Positions 63,381 to 64,000 of a stretch of DNA of 64,000 bases are shown here, one piece after another; position 1 is the stretch's first letter, and each line of letters begins with the position of its first letter. Both the position numbers and the translations under genes were made by a program. The DNA lies in the NCBI GenBank assembly GCA_963924565.1, contig OZ004613.1:10230001-10294000 (forward strand), read 5' to 3'. The notes beneath the pieces were generated by a model, which was given only the letters and a program-made list of their open reading frames with translations, was not told where the DNA came from and did not search any database. Origin of the DNA: Ascidiella aspersa. Its lineage: Eukaryota.

Positions 63381-64000
63381 TCCTTAACTTGTTTCTGCAA
63401 GCAAAAACAGATATGGGCCGAAAATTTCCCCACTTGACTTATGGCTTTAATGCGTAAGAGGTCTAAACATGGCGAAGTATTTGGGAAATGATCAAAATAT
63501 ATATTTGATAAATATAATTTACGTAGATAATGCTTATGGCAATGTTATTACATTTTGGCCATCTAACATTTTAAAAAAGCAAAAATATTGTCATTCTCCT
63601 AAAGACTTCAAATGGTTTAACGCCTATGGTTTGCTATACATTTGCCAACTTTTACTGGGTAAATTTTTACCATGGCTTGGTCCGAGCAATCACTGTTGAA
63701 ACAGACTTTAAATCTGTAGTTTCGAGCAATATGCAAAAATTTTATAAACTAAAGCGATGACGTCACATTATTGGATTTTTGTCCCCCAATCAAAGGCACC
63801 TAGGGGTGCAGCCTCATAAACCTCTACATAGCACCTATACATACCACTCTACGTCATGTCTGAACATGTGAAAGTTCTACGACGTATACTTTTTCTATAA
63901 TGCTCTGGACAAAAGTCGGTATGAAACATACCAAGCAAACCATAACAACCAAAAAAGAATAAGAGCAAAAACAAGATATGTCCCGAAAATAAATTTAAAA

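Noticed and set aside
49320-64000. Second protein-coding gene upstream of the receptor
   Set aside because: Only short ORFs without homology cues or consistent splice phases; the region is mostly repeat-derived.

Overview
Eukaryotic (metazoan) genomic DNA, AT-rich with GC-richer exons. It is probably an invertebrate deuterostome such as a tunicate, but that is only a weak inference. The window is dominated by one complete minus-strand, 18-coding-exon gene (47366->7352, 3303-nt CDS, about 1100 aa) for a glycoprotein-hormone-receptor-like GPCR (type A LGR; TSHR/LHCGR/FSHR family). I assembled it by hand: every intron is GT-AG and all phases join into one open frame. Domain order is signal peptide, Cys-rich LRRNT, LRR exons, YPAHCC, a long acidic hinge, FNPCEDLLG, 7TM with ERW and NPFLY, and a ~260-aa tail. 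Introns and flanks carry many non-autonomous hAT MITEs with 8-bp TSDs (one nested pair), foldback elements, a tRNA-derived SINE and microsatellites. Most notable: a six-copy tandem amplification of the exon-14 splice acceptor with one intact cryptic copy, a reciprocal E3.37Q/N5.47D swap in the TM pocket, Ala at the hinge activation Ser, a long ICL3 insert, a candidate internal first exon, and several random-looking ~50% GC blocks. I found no second protein-coding gene, CRISPR array, rRNA or intact tRNA, and no strong evidence for a wholly new biological system.
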